A stretch of DNA of 64,000 bases, from the NCBI GenBank assembly GCA_902575965.1, contig CACGTM010000003.1, positions 20,660 through 84,659 of the forward strand, read 5' to 3'. The translations under genes and the position numbers were made by a program. The notes beneath the pieces are model-generated. The model had not been told where the DNA came from. It saw nothing but the letters and a program-made list of their open reading frames with translations, and ran no database searches. Of this stretch, positions 1-9,553 are shown piece after piece. The stretch is from an uncultured Alphaproteobacteria bacterium (GTDB taxonomy: Bacteria; Pseudomonadota; Alphaproteobacteria; Rhodospirillales; Rhodospirillaceae). Each line of letters begins with the position of its first letter. The stretch's first letter is position 1.

Positions 1-625
1 GTGGTATTATTTCTGCACTAATGACCTCATTATTTCGAATCAGATAAACTTCAACCAGATAAGTACCTGTAGGAACATTTGACTCAAATAATAGTTCAGT
101 TCTAAAAAGCTTGTTAGCAAGAAGAGATATATTTCCTTTGTCTTCTTGATATTTACCCATTTTCATTTTTAGACGCACTATTGCATCCTCATATTCTTTT
201 TTATTTTCCTCCGTTATTTTATTATTCTTAAATTTAAACTGTAGGTTATCTAAACCTATTTGATATCTCTTCAGTATCTGTTCAGGAATAAAGTCTTTTG
301 GGGATCTAATACTTACAACGCGATAAAAAGAGGGGATATCCTCCACAATAACTTCATTGGTATTAATCCAGATAGGACCAATTTTCTTTTTGCTAAGGAC
401 TTTTTTAGTTTCCGTAGGCCCCCTAATAACAATAACTACATCACCAGTTCCGTCAGTGGAGCCAAATAGAAGAACTTTACTGCCCTCAAAACCTGTGCTT
501 ATTGCAACTAGATGCTCTGAGAGGTCAGCTACTAAAGGTATTGTTTGTCCATTTAAATTATTAGTATTTATACTTAAGAACATTATGAATGTTGTTGTGA
601 AAATTATTATAGGACTCTTTATCAT
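1..625 (-). CDS. TIGR02186 (Alph_Pro_TM)-like putative membrane protein; 5' part only, runs off the window edge
   Basis: It is missing from the ORF track because there is no stop codon in the window. My minus-strand translation from the ATG at 625-623 gives MIKSPIIIFTTTFIMFLSINTNNLNGQTIPLVADLSEHLVAISTGFEGSKVLLFGSTDGTGDVVIVIRGP... and stays open to base 1. The N-terminus is hydrophobic. The start overlaps the upstream TauE stop as ATGA. The family assignment is from memory of the DUF81/TIGR02186 pairing in Alphaproteobacteria. Confidence 0.55.
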   Translation of the reverse strand, partial: MIKSPIIIFTTTFIMFLSINTNNLNGQTIPLVADLSEHLVAISTGFEGSKVLLFGSTDGTGDVVIVIRGPTETKKVLSKKKIGPIWINTNEVIVEDIPSFYRVVSIRSPKDFIPEQILKRYQIGLDNLQFKFKNNKITEENKKEYEDAIVRLKMKMGKYQEDKGNISLLANKLFRTELLFESNVPTGTYLVEVYLIRNNEVISAEIIP

Positions 626-1554
626 TTATTCACAATGCCAAAGGAGAAAGTATCGGATGGAGAAACAATTAGGTCAGCAACAAGCTTTAGGCATACAGTT
701 AGTACAATTACGGCTAAAAGACCTCTTAAGTACTCATTTTGAATCTTAGAAATTAATCTCGCTCCAATTTGCGCACCAATTACTCCCCCAGATAAAAGTA
801 AAACCGCTAAAACAATATCAACGGTCTGGTTAATTGTTGCTTGAAGAAATGTAGTGTTTGCAGTCACAAATATAATATTAAATAGAGATGTTCCAACAAC
901 AACATTCGTTGGCATACCAAGTAAATATATCATTGCAGGTACCATGACAAAACCACCACCGATCCCCATTATAGCTGCTAAAATACCTACAATAAAACCA
1001 ATAGAAATAGGAAGAATTGCTGAAATATAGAGTTTTGATTCTCTAAATTTGATTTTAAAGGGGAGATTTCTTATCCACTTTTGTCGGAGCGGTTTTTTCA
1101 TCGTCCATAATTTTCTGGCTCCATAGATCTTATTTTTATTAATTATACTTTGGACGCTTTCAAACCCCATAAAACAACCAATAATTCCAAGAAAGAAAAC
1201 ATAGCAGAGTGATATTACTAATTCTATTTGACCAACTTCTCTAAGTTGTTGAAAAATTATGACCCCTACAACAGATCCTACAAAACCTCCAATACTAAGT
1301 ATTAAGCCCATTCTGAAATCAACATTACCTCTTCTCCAATGGGCTAGGACACCAGAGACTGAATTAGCAAGAATTTGATTTGACTCTGTGGATACTGCAA
1401 CTGTTGGCGGTATTCCAATAAAAATGAGCAAGGGAGTCATTAAGAAGCCCCCGCCAACACCAAATAACCCAGATAGCACACCTACTGATGCGCCCATCCC
1501 TAAAATTAGAAATATATTCACCGACATTTCGGCAATTGGAAGATAAATTTGCAT
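622..1554 (-). CDS. TauE/SafE (DUF81) family sulfite/anion exporter membrane protein
   Basis: 310 aa and polytopic. It has duplicated GxGGG-type motifs (LSGLFGVGGGFLMTPLL and IMGIGGGFVMVPAMIYL) typical of DUF81. Confidence 0.85.
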   Translation of the reverse strand: MQIYLPIAEMSVNIFLILGMGASVGVLSGLFGVGGGFLMTPLLIFIGIPPTVAVSTESNQILANSVSGVLAHWRRGNVDFRMGLILSIGGFVGSVVGVIIFQQLREVGQIELVISLCYVFFLGIIGCFMGFESVQSIINKNKIYGARKLWTMKKPLRQKWIRNLPFKIKFRESKLYISAILPISIGFIVGILAAIMGIGGGFVMVPAMIYLLGMPTNVVVGTSLFNIIFVTANTTFLQATINQTVDIVLAVLLLSGGVIGAQIGARLISKIQNEYLRGLLAVIVLTVCLKLVADLIVSPSDTFSFGIVNK

Positions 1555-1636
1555 GCCGGCTTTCCGGCTTTCTCATAATTATGTATAAAGTCTTATTCTA
1601 ACTCTCCCATTAATATCCAATCAAGAAAAAAATAAT

Positions 1637-2956
1637 CTATATTAATCTCTTAAATCCTGAATGTGCTAAAGGCCCTCTAATTTTTTTATAAATTGAATTT
1701 GAATGCAGTGCAGATGCTAGTTCTTTGAATACTTCTTTGCATGCAAGATTATAATCACATATATCTTTTTCGGTGTGAGAGCCCATGGCATAGAAGGACT
1801 TGCCAGTTAGGAAGCCCCTATCTAACATTTCTTGGGTAAATAAAGTCATAAGCGCTGTTGCAGACTTTCCTGAGAATGACAAAGTTGCTAGAGGGTCAAT
1901 GCCTCGTATACTTATTTCTAAGCTATTTTCTTCAGCTGCATTCTTCCAAATATTTTTTACTGACGAACCAGTAGAAATAAGTTTCTGGGAAATGTTCTGT
2001 TTTTTATGTTTATCTATCATTGCAATTGCTGCTGCTGGACCTATACGTTCAGTCCACATTGTCGAACTAATAAAGCTATTTTGCGCAGCCTCCATTATTT
2101 CTCTTTTTCCAATAACAGCCGATATAGGGTAGCCATTTCCAAGAGCTTTTGCAAAAACAGCTATATCTGGGTAAATATCTACGGTTAAGTGAATTCCACC
2201 TGTGTTAATTCTAAATGCGGATGTAATTTCATCAAAAATTAATACTGCTGATGAACTACTTGCAACATCCTTTACATTATTTAGAAAATCCTTGTTTGGT
2301 AATTCACTTCTTGATGGTTCCAAAATAATTGCTGCAAGGTCATTTTTATGTTCGCTTACAATTTTACGTAATCCATCCAAGTCATTATAGGCAAAGGGAT
2401 AAGTTAATCCCTCGAGTTGTCTTGGCACTCCATTTGGCTCAAGTCCTGGTAATAAGTGTCCATCAAGTGCTTCAGATTTGGAGATATTTGCTGATAGGTA
2501 CCAATCATGCCAACCATGATATCCACAAAATGCTACCTTTGTTTTACCGGTATATGCTCGCGCTATTCTTACCGCAATCGCCATTGCTTCTCCTCCTGAT
2601 CTGCAGAATCTAGCCATCTCCGACCATGGATGAATTTCTATTAGTTTTTGCGCTAACTCGATTTCTTCGGGTGCATTCAAAGTACTCATTGAACCTTTCT
2701 TGATAATTTTTTTTACAGCGTTATCTACGTCGGTATCTGCGTATCCAAGAACGGTTGACCCTACCCCACCTATTGAAAAATCCCTGAAGGCATTCCCATC
2801 GAGATCAGTTAGTTCAATTCCTTGAGCACTCTCGTAATAAACTGGCCAGCCATCTGGAAGAAACATTTCAGGACGTTTAGAGAGCAATTGCGTTCCTCCA
2901 GGGATAACTTTTTTTGCATTTTTATAGGCGTTCATTCCTTTATGTAATACCTTCAT
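1637..2956 (-). CDS. Class III (glutamate-1-semialdehyde aminomutase-like) PLP aminotransferase
   Basis: Its motifs (GGTQLLSKRP, FCRSGGEAMAIAVRIARAYTGK, GYHGWHDWY) match aminotransferase class III. I prefer the ATG at 2956, which has a GGAG 6 nt upstream and overlaps the neuC-like stop as ATGA. The track's TTG at 2968 seems less likely. Confidence 0.8.
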   Translation of the reverse strand: MKVLHKGMNAYKNAKKVIPGGTQLLSKRPEMFLPDGWPVYYESAQGIELTDLDGNAFRDFSIGGVGSTVLGYADTDVDNAVKKIIKKGSMSTLNAPEEIELAQKLIEIHPWSEMARFCRSGGEAMAIAVRIARAYTGKTKVAFCGYHGWHDWYLSANISKSEALDGHLLPGLEPNGVPRQLEGLTYPFAYNDLDGLRKIVSEHKNDLAAIILEPSRSELPNKDFLNNVKDVASSSSAVLIFDEITSAFRINTGGIHLTVDIYPDIAVFAKALGNGYPISAVIGKREIMEAAQNSFISSTMWTERIGPAAAIAMIDKHKKQNISQKLISTGSSVKNIWKNAAEENSLEISIRGIDPLATLSFSGKSATALMTLFTQEMLDRGFLTGKSFYAMGSHTEKDICDYNLACKEVFKELASALHSNSIYKKIRGPLAHSGFKRLI

Positions 2957-4122
2957 TTTTCTCCCCAATTTAGATCATGAAAATTTTTTATTGAAATTTC
3001 TGATATATTTTCATTTGCTAAAATTTCTGCTATTTTTTTTGAAGCATTACGACCTTTAAGATTCTTCGATTTAAATACTTTTTTACGGAAATTGGGGCTA
3101 ATTGCTCTGTTTATTGCTTTGAGGATTTCTTCTTCCTTTTCTAAACAATTAATCACTGATGAACTTGTAATCCTGCCTTTTTGACGATCGCCAATATTAA
3201 CAGTTGGTACACCAAGTGCTGGTGCCTCAATCAGACCAGCGGAAGAATTACCAATTATAACGCTAGATATTTTCATAAGACTTAAATAATTTTCTTTATC
3301 CATAGTGTTAATAAATATTCTATTTTTTGGACTTAATTTTACAAATTCATTAATAATATTACTGATTGTATTATTCCCTGGGTCAGAATTAACCCCAGTA
3401 AACACTAAAGTGGTATCCTCAAATCCCCTAAGGGCATTGATAAGAGAATTTATAGATCTTTCTGTTTCATTTAGCTTTAAAGTTACGGGGTGATAACCAA
3501 TAACAAATATCCTATTCTTTAGATTAATTTTGAGCTTAGAAGATAGCTGTAGCGAGTTTAAATAATTAATGGTGTGAAGTTGGTCAAGGCCAGGCGCCCC
3601 AACTAAATGAATTCTCTCGGGATTTTCTCCCATTTGTCTGACTCGGTTAGCGTAAAGTTTTGCAGAGCAGAAGTGTATATGGGAAATCTTGGTTAAAGCA
3701 TGTCTAATTGCATCATCAAATGCAGCTACCGTCTCTTCACCTCCATGAATATGGGCTATCGGAATATTAAGTATGAGTGCTGCAATTCCAGCAGAAAAAG
3801 TTTCAAAACGATCTCCTAATAAAACAAGAATATCGGGATTAAGTTCACACAAGTTTTTAGAAATAAGTGAAACTGCTCGACCCATTGACTGAGTGGTTTC
3901 AAGAGGGGTATCAGAATTAAGTCTAATATCAATTTTTCTAGTTATTTTATGTCCATCATTTTTTATATTTTTCCATGTGCTTCCATATTTTTTATCAATG
4001 TGTTGACCGGTAACTATTAGTTGCATTGATAGTCCAGGATGTAGGTTAACTGCCTCAATTACAGGAGACAGATGTGAATAATCTGCTCTTGAGCCAGTTA
4101 AAATACATATTTTCCTAGTCAC
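2953..4122 (-). CDS. neuC: UDP-N-acetylglucosamine 2-epimerase (hydrolysing), NeuC/LegG type
   Basis: 389 aa. The N-terminus KICILTGSRADYSHLSPV, then HIHGGEET and GNSSAGLIEAPALGVPTVNIGDRQKGR, are characteristic of hydrolysing 2-epimerases found in nonulosonic acid clusters. Confidence 0.85.
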   Translation of the reverse strand: MTRKICILTGSRADYSHLSPVIEAVNLHPGLSMQLIVTGQHIDKKYGSTWKNIKNDGHKITRKIDIRLNSDTPLETTQSMGRAVSLISKNLCELNPDILVLLGDRFETFSAGIAALILNIPIAHIHGGEETVAAFDDAIRHALTKISHIHFCSAKLYANRVRQMGENPERIHLVGAPGLDQLHTINYLNSLQLSSKLKINLKNRIFVIGYHPVTLKLNETERSINSLINALRGFEDTTLVFTGVNSDPGNNTISNIINEFVKLSPKNRIFINTMDKENYLSLMKISSVIIGNSSAGLIEAPALGVPTVNIGDRQKGRITSSSVINCLEKEEEILKAINRAISPNFRKKVFKSKNLKGRNASKKIAEILANENISEISIKNFHDLNWGEK

Positions 4123-4867
4123 TTTTCACCTCCAGCCAGTCATTTATATCAAGATAATCATTTGATACCAGAAAACGTGCATATGCCAGGTCCTCACTTG
4201 TTTCGATTTCAATTGAGTTCAGCCTACTCATTAATAAACCATAACTTCTCTTTGGATTTGAATAGATTTTTTGAGTTTTCTTAAATTCTTCCCAGCTTAT
4301 CAAATATAAAGCACCATTTGGAGTAACTTCAGGTTTTTGATCTTGTCTTCTTGATGAATTTAAGTCACCGATTTTTTCAACTAAGTCTGAAATTGAGTTA
4401 TTATCTTCTATTTTTGATGCAAAAACAGAGGGTATTTCAATTTCTCGGACTCCTAGCACCAAAGAAGCCTTTTTTTCAATGAACAGTTCAATAGCCTTTG
4501 TGTAATGATCATTTGTTGCAAATGGGCTTGATGGTTCAAGTAGCATTATTGCGTCATAAGAATCATTTTCTTTTTCTTCAATCCACTCAATTAGATGCGA
4601 AATTACACTGTCTGACGAAGCCTGATCAGTTGCTAACGATTTAGGCCTAATAAACGGAGCCTCAACGCCATATTTATTTGCTTCATTAATGATGGAATTA
4701 TCATCTGATGATATAACAACTCTATTACAATATTTACATGATTGAGCTGAATTTGCTTTATAACCAATAAGGGATAGCCCCCCTATTTCTCTCAAATTTT
4801 TACCTGGTAGACCCTTTGATCCACCACGTGCTGTAATTACAAAAAGTACCCTGAAGTTATTACTCAC
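4115..4867 (-). CDS. neuA: Acylneuraminate (nonulosonate) cytidylyltransferase, NeuA/LegF type
   Basis: The motif VITARGGSKGLPGKNL is the CMP-sugar synthetase P-loop-like signature. The gene overlaps the neuC start by 8 nt. Confidence 0.8.
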   Translation of the reverse strand: MSNNFRVLFVITARGGSKGLPGKNLREIGGLSLIGYKANSAQSCKYCNRVVISSDDNSIINEANKYGVEAPFIRPKSLATDQASSDSVISHLIEWIEEKENDSYDAIMLLEPSSPFATNDHYTKAIELFIEKKASLVLGVREIEIPSVFASKIEDNNSISDLVEKIGDLNSSRRQDQKPEVTPNGALYLISWEEFKKTQKIYSNPKRSYGLLMSRLNSIEIETSEDLAYARFLVSNDYLDINDWLEVKSD

Positions 4868-4991
4868 TGAATTTCCATTTTTTTAGCTCTCACGATTTGT
4901 TATATTAATTTGTTTTTTCTATCTAATAAATAATGTTTATTTCCTATATTATGGTACTAGTCAAATCAGTTAGCGGGTGAACGAAGGAATT

Positions 4992-6071
4992 ATGGAAACT
5001 TTTATTATTGCCGAAGCTGGAGTTAATCACAATGGCGACATTAGACGGGCAATTAAAATGATTGAGATTGCAGCTGATTCTGGAGCAGACGCAATTAAAT
5101 TTCAGAGCTTCAAAGCAGATAAGATGGTATCACGTTTAGCTAAGAAGGCTGACTATCAGCTAAAAAATACAGGTAAGAGTGGCTCTCAGCTTGATATGTT
5201 AAGAGAATTAGAGCTTTCAGAGTCTGAGCAGGTGCTCCTTGCTGAAGAGTGCAGTAAAAACAATATTGAATTTATGTCAACTCCTTTTGATATTGAGAGC
5301 GCTGACTTTCTTGATAAAAAAATTAATATAAAAAGGTTTAAGGTTGGTTCTGGCGAATTAACAAATGCACCGCTGTTGCTAGATCTTGGTTGTTATAAGA
5401 AACCGATAATACTGTCAACGGGTATGTCTACAATACCAGAAATTCAAAATGCACTTAGTGTTTTAGCTTATGCCTATACAAAACAAAACAAAGAGTCAGC
5501 TTCTTCTGGTCAATTTAAAAAATATTATGATATAAAAATTATTCAGGAGGTGCTAAGTGATAGCATCACGTTATTACATTGCACATCACTATACCCAACA
5601 CAACCGGAGAGTGTTAATCTACTTGCAATTGAAACTCTAAAAAAGAAATTTAATCTAGAAGTTGGCTTTTCTGATCACAGCTTGGGTGTTTGTTTAGCAT
5701 TAGGTGCAGTTGCTTTAGGCGCAAAAGTAATTGAGAAGCACTTTACATTAGATAAATCTCTAAAAGGACCTGATCATAAAGCATCTCTCGAGCCAAATGA
5801 ACTCAGTAAAATGATTAGTATGATAAGAGTTTTAGAAAGTTCTCTAGGAAGTGGAGAAAAAATTCCTTTTTCAGATGAGCATGAAACAGCAATGGTAGCT
5901 AGAAAAAGTCTAGTTGCAATAGATAATATCAGCGAAGGAGATTTGTTTTGTAAACAAAATCTAGGTATAAAACGTCCTGGGACTGGTATTTCGCCATTTT
6001 CTTATTGGGATTACATTGGAAAAAAGGCAAAAAGAAATTATAAAATTGATGAGATTATAGAGCCTCAATGA
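4992..6071 (+). CDS. neuB: N-acetylneuraminate/legionaminate synthase, NeuB/LegI type
   Basis: It begins METFIIAEAGVNHNGD, contains FSDHSLG, and has a C-terminal SAF/antifreeze-like domain (ARKSLVA...IKRPGTGISP). I chose the ATG at 4992, which follows GAAGGA. The track starts at a GTG at 4977. Confidence 0.9.
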   Translation: METFIIAEAGVNHNGDIRRAIKMIEIAADSGADAIKFQSFKADKMVSRLAKKADYQLKNTGKSGSQLDMLRELELSESEQVLLAEECSKNNIEFMSTPFDIESADFLDKKINIKRFKVGSGELTNAPLLLDLGCYKKPIILSTGMSTIPEIQNALSVLAYAYTKQNKESASSGQFKKYYDIKIIQEVLSDSITLLHCTSLYPTQPESVNLLAIETLKKKFNLEVGFSDHSLGVCLALGAVALGAKVIEKHFTLDKSLKGPDHKASLEPNELSKMISMIRVLESSLGSGEKIPFSDEHETAMVARKSLVAIDNISEGDLFCKQNLGIKRPGTGISPFSYWDYIGKKAKRNYKIDEIIEPQ

Positions 6072-6721
6072 AAACTAGATTTGATTTATACATACTTTGT
6101 GCTGGAGGGCATACTAGTGTTCTAATGGATATTCTATCTAAATCCTCCGAGAAAGTTAAGGGAATCCTTGATGATAATAAAGATTTATTTGGTAAATCAG
6201 TAGGTGATACATCTATTATCGGTTCATTAGAGGATATTTTGTCTTTAGATAAAAATAAATTACTCCTTATTAATGGCCTAGGTAATATACCAAGCATAAA
6301 AAATTCTGATCTTAATAAGAGAGGAATGATATTCACTAACTATAAAAAACTTGGCTACACCTTTAAGACTATCATAAGTCCTGATGCCATAATTTCTGAT
6401 AGAACTGAAATTCAAGAAGGGGCGCAGGTTATCTCTTCTGCAGTAATAAACGCAGGGGTAATAATTGGCAAAAATAGTATTATCAATACCTCTGCAACCA
6501 TTGATCATAATTGTAAGATTGGTTTCAATACTCATATAGCGCCCGGGGCTGTTATTTGTGGAGGTGTAGTAATTGGAGATTCCTGCCATATAGGTGCAGG
6601 TTCCATACTAGTACCTGGTGTAAAAATTTCAAATGGTGTAGTTATTGGTGCTGGCGCTGTTGTTCTAAATGATGTATCAGAAAATGAAACAGTTGTTGGA
6701 AACCCTGCAAAAATAATTTAG
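6068..6721 (+). CDS. neuD: NeuD/PglD/LegH-family sugar N/O-acetyltransferase (left-handed beta-helix)
   Basis: It has an N-terminal Rossmann-like part (LYILCAGGH) and C-terminal hexapeptide repeats (IGKNSIINTSATIDHNCKIGFNTHIAPGAVICGGVVIGDSCHIGAGS). It overlaps the neuB stop by 4 nt. Confidence 0.75.
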   Translation: MKTRFDLYILCAGGHTSVLMDILSKSSEKVKGILDDNKDLFGKSVGDTSIIGSLEDILSLDKNKLLLINGLGNIPSIKNSDLNKRGMIFTNYKKLGYTFKTIISPDAIISDRTEIQEGAQVISSAVINAGVIIGKNSIINTSATIDHNCKIGFNTHIAPGAVICGGVVIGDSCHIGAGSILVPGVKISNGVVIGAGAVVLNDVSENETVVGNPAKII

Positions 6722-6754
6722 CACTTAATTTACATAAACTAGGAATTAGTTTTC

Positions 6755-7555
6755 ATGAGAACAATTTCAGAGCTATTTAATTTATCAGGAAGAAGTGCGC
6801 TGATTACCGGCGGCTCAGGACATTTAGGTTCTACTATTGGACTTGCTTTAGCCGAGTGCGGGGCTAAAGTTGGGTTACTTGACAAAGTTGACACAGAATT
6901 AGTTGATAAAAAATTTACTAATATAAACAAAGAGAATTATCAAAAAATAAAAATGGATCTTTCTGATAAACAAGAAGTAAGTAGAATTAGTGAAGTTGTA
7001 AAAGATACTTTGGGTAGTTTAGACATCTTAGTAAACTGCGCAGCTATGGTGGGAACTGACGAAGTTAAAGGCTGGGTAGACCCAGTTGAGAGCCAGAGTG
7101 AAGAGGTGTGGCGAGATGCATTAGAGATAAACCTAACGGTCCCATTTGTTATCACCAAACATTTAATTTCTGTACTTAATGAATCATCAAGCCCATCAGT
7201 TATAAACATTGGTTCTATATATGGAGTTTTAGGGCCAGATTGGTCTCTGTACAGCTCAGGTGATATAAAGGGCACACCCGCAGCTTATGCAGCCTCAAAG
7301 GGTGGACTAATGCAACTGACCAGGTGGTTAGCAACCTCTTTGGCACCAACCATAAGAGTAAATGCAATCGTTCCAGGGGGTGTAGAGAGAAATACACCCG
7401 TTAGATTTAAAAAAGAATACGAAAAAAAAACACCATTAAAGAGATTAGCTAAAGAAGAAGATATAAAAGGCATATCAGTTTTTTTGGCATCTGATGCATC
7501 AAGCTATATAACAGGCCAGTGTATTATGGTAGATGGTGGTTGGTCAGTCTGGTAA
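6755..7555 (+). CDS. Short-chain dehydrogenase/reductase (PtmA-like position in the nonulosonate cluster)
   Basis: It has the TGGSGHLG cofactor motif and the YAASK catalytic motif, and ends ITGQCIMVDGGW. Confidence 0.8.
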   Translation: MRTISELFNLSGRSALITGGSGHLGSTIGLALAECGAKVGLLDKVDTELVDKKFTNINKENYQKIKMDLSDKQEVSRISEVVKDTLGSLDILVNCAAMVGTDEVKGWVDPVESQSEEVWRDALEINLTVPFVITKHLISVLNESSSPSVINIGSIYGVLGPDWSLYSSGDIKGTPAAYAASKGGLMQLTRWLATSLAPTIRVNAIVPGGVERNTPVRFKKEYEKKTPLKRLAKEEDIKGISVFLASDASSYITGQCIMVDGGWSVW

Positions 7556-7612
7556 TATTTTATGAATTTTTTCTCACTAAGATTTTAAGATCTGCTTAAG
7601 AAAGTTAAAAGA

Positions 7613-9535
7613 ATGTTTGGTCACTCTCGGAGAATTTTGATTTTACTTCACGATACAATAATGGCCTTCTTTTCTATTTTACTTGCTTTTCTTCTCCGCT
7701 TAGGAGACCAGGTATTCTTGGACTCATACTATATTATATATACAGCGCTTGTCTTTTCAGGGATTTCACTATTTGTTTATCTATACACAGGTTTATATAG
7801 GCATACATGGCTCTATGTTTCTTTCTCGGAGGGCATTAATGTTGTAAAGACTGTTTCTTATATAGTCCTATTGTTTATACCATTACTCTTTCTATTTACT
7901 AGACTTCAAGATATACCACGATCTGTTCCTGTAATAAGTTGGTTTGTTCTTGTTGTATTATTATCTGCATCAAGGCTTGCCTGCAGATTTTATAATGATA
8001 AAAAACTCCCATTTTACGAGCCTAAAAACGAGGATTATGTACCTGTCCTTCTTGTAGGTTTTGGTAAAGTTGGTGAGCGTTTTCTTAGATCAACCCAAAT
8101 AGATACTGATAATAAATATAGGGTAGTAGGAATCTTATCAGACTCTTTAGAAAGAACAGGGCAACTTATACATGGTATAGAAGTTATAGGCCATATAAAT
8201 CAAGCACAATTGATTATTGAGAGCTTTAGCGCCTCTGGTAATAAGCTTGATAAAATGATCATTGGTTTAGATAGGGTAGAGCCTAAACAAATAAAGACAC
8301 TCCTTGAAATTTCCCAAAAAACTGGTTGTTCATTGGCAAAATTGCCTCCGCCTATGGATATTCAAATATTTGGAGACGAGAAGTTTTTACCACACCCAAT
8401 AGACCTTGGAGACTTGCTAGGAAGGAAACAGTTATCGTTAGATAGGGAGGCTATGACTAAGCTTATTAAGGGCAAGAGAGTTCTAATCACCGGTGCTGGT
8501 GGATCCATTGGTTCAGAGTTAACTAGGCAAATAGTAAAAGCTTCACCTATGCACCTATCTCTTTTAGATAATGGTGAATTCAATCTCTATAAAATAGATA
8601 ATGAGATAAGAGAAAAATATCCATCATCGTCAATAAATACTCTTATAGCTGATGTAAGAGATAGAGATAGAATTGAAAGTATATTTAATAATGAAAAGCC
8701 AGAAATTGTTTTTCATGCAGCTGCATTAAAGCATGTGCCCCTTGTTGAAACAAACCCTATTGAAGGGATACATACTAATTCACTAGGTACAAAGATTATA
8801 GCTGATATATGTCTGTTGTTTAAAGTCCAAAAAATGGTTCTAATTTCAACTGATAAGGCTGTAAATCCTATAAATGTGATGGGCGCCGCTAAAAGAGCTG
8901 CAGAAAAATACTGTCAAGCAGTTGACATTTCTCAAGACGTTACACGTTTTATAACAGTCCGATTTGGTAATGTTTTAGGGTCTGCAGGTTCTGTAATTCC
9001 CTTATTCCAAGAACAATTATCTAAAGGTGGTCCACTTACTGTAACTCACCCCGATGTTGAGAGATTTTTCATGACTGTAAGTGAGGCCGTTGAACTAGTA
9101 CTTCAGGCAGCGGCCTTAGGGCCTTATGAAGAGACTAAGGGGTCAGTATATGTTTTAGACATGGGAACTCCGATTAAGATTATAGATTTAGCAAGGCAGT
9201 TAATAACACTCGCCGGTAAGAAGCCAGACCAAGAAATTAAAATCAAGATTACGGGTTTACGGGCTGGTGAGAAAATAACTGAAGAGTTATTTTATGGAGA
9301 GGAGCCACCAGTAATGACAAAAATGGAAGGTGTTTTTGTAGCAAAGACTAATAGCCTTGGGTTTGAAGATATTAGAGAAAGTATGAATTCTTTACTGGAC
9401 TGTTGTAAAAAGCAAAATAAAAAAGATGCTCTAAAAATTCTTACTAAAATTGTGCCTGAATTATCAATTAATAATATAATTAGGGATTCTTCTTCTGACA
9501 AAGAGGCCTCTTCCTATTTGAAAGTTATAAAATGA
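7613..9535 (+). CDS. Membrane-anchored nucleotide-sugar 4,6-dehydratase, CapD/PglF/LegB type
   Basis: 640 aa. About four N-terminal TM helices are followed by VLITGAGGSIGSEL and the CapD signature FITVRFGNVLGSAGSVIPLF. Confidence 0.85.
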   Translation: MFGHSRRILILLHDTIMAFFSILLAFLLRLGDQVFLDSYYIIYTALVFSGISLFVYLYTGLYRHTWLYVSFSEGINVVKTVSYIVLLFIPLLFLFTRLQDIPRSVPVISWFVLVVLLSASRLACRFYNDKKLPFYEPKNEDYVPVLLVGFGKVGERFLRSTQIDTDNKYRVVGILSDSLERTGQLIHGIEVIGHINQAQLIIESFSASGNKLDKMIIGLDRVEPKQIKTLLEISQKTGCSLAKLPPPMDIQIFGDEKFLPHPIDLGDLLGRKQLSLDREAMTKLIKGKRVLITGAGGSIGSELTRQIVKASPMHLSLLDNGEFNLYKIDNEIREKYPSSSINTLIADVRDRDRIESIFNNEKPEIVFHAAALKHVPLVETNPIEGIHTNSLGTKIIADICLLFKVQKMVLISTDKAVNPINVMGAAKRAAEKYCQAVDISQDVTRFITVRFGNVLGSAGSVIPLFQEQLSKGGPLTVTHPDVERFFMTVSEAVELVLQAAALGPYEETKGSVYVLDMGTPIKIIDLARQLITLAGKKPDQEIKIKITGLRAGEKITEELFYGEEPPVMTKMEGVFVAKTNSLGFEDIRESMNSLLDCCKKQNKKDALKILTKIVPELSINNIIRDSSSDKEASSYLKVIK

Positions 9536-9553
9536 TTAATGTTGAGAGGATAA

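Noticed and set aside
260-749. Plus-strand ORFs at 260-469 and 357-749 at the left edge of the window.
   Set aside because: They are shadow ORFs opposite a well-behaved minus-strand gene (1-625, TIGR02186-like) and the 3' end of the TauE gene. Their translations have no recognisable features.
5831-5847. A second ICE-like site, TTTAGAA AGT TCTCTAG, inside neuB.
   Set aside because: The right half-site is poor (2/7 at N3 spacing, 5/7 at the wrong N2 spacing). It also lies inside a coding region.
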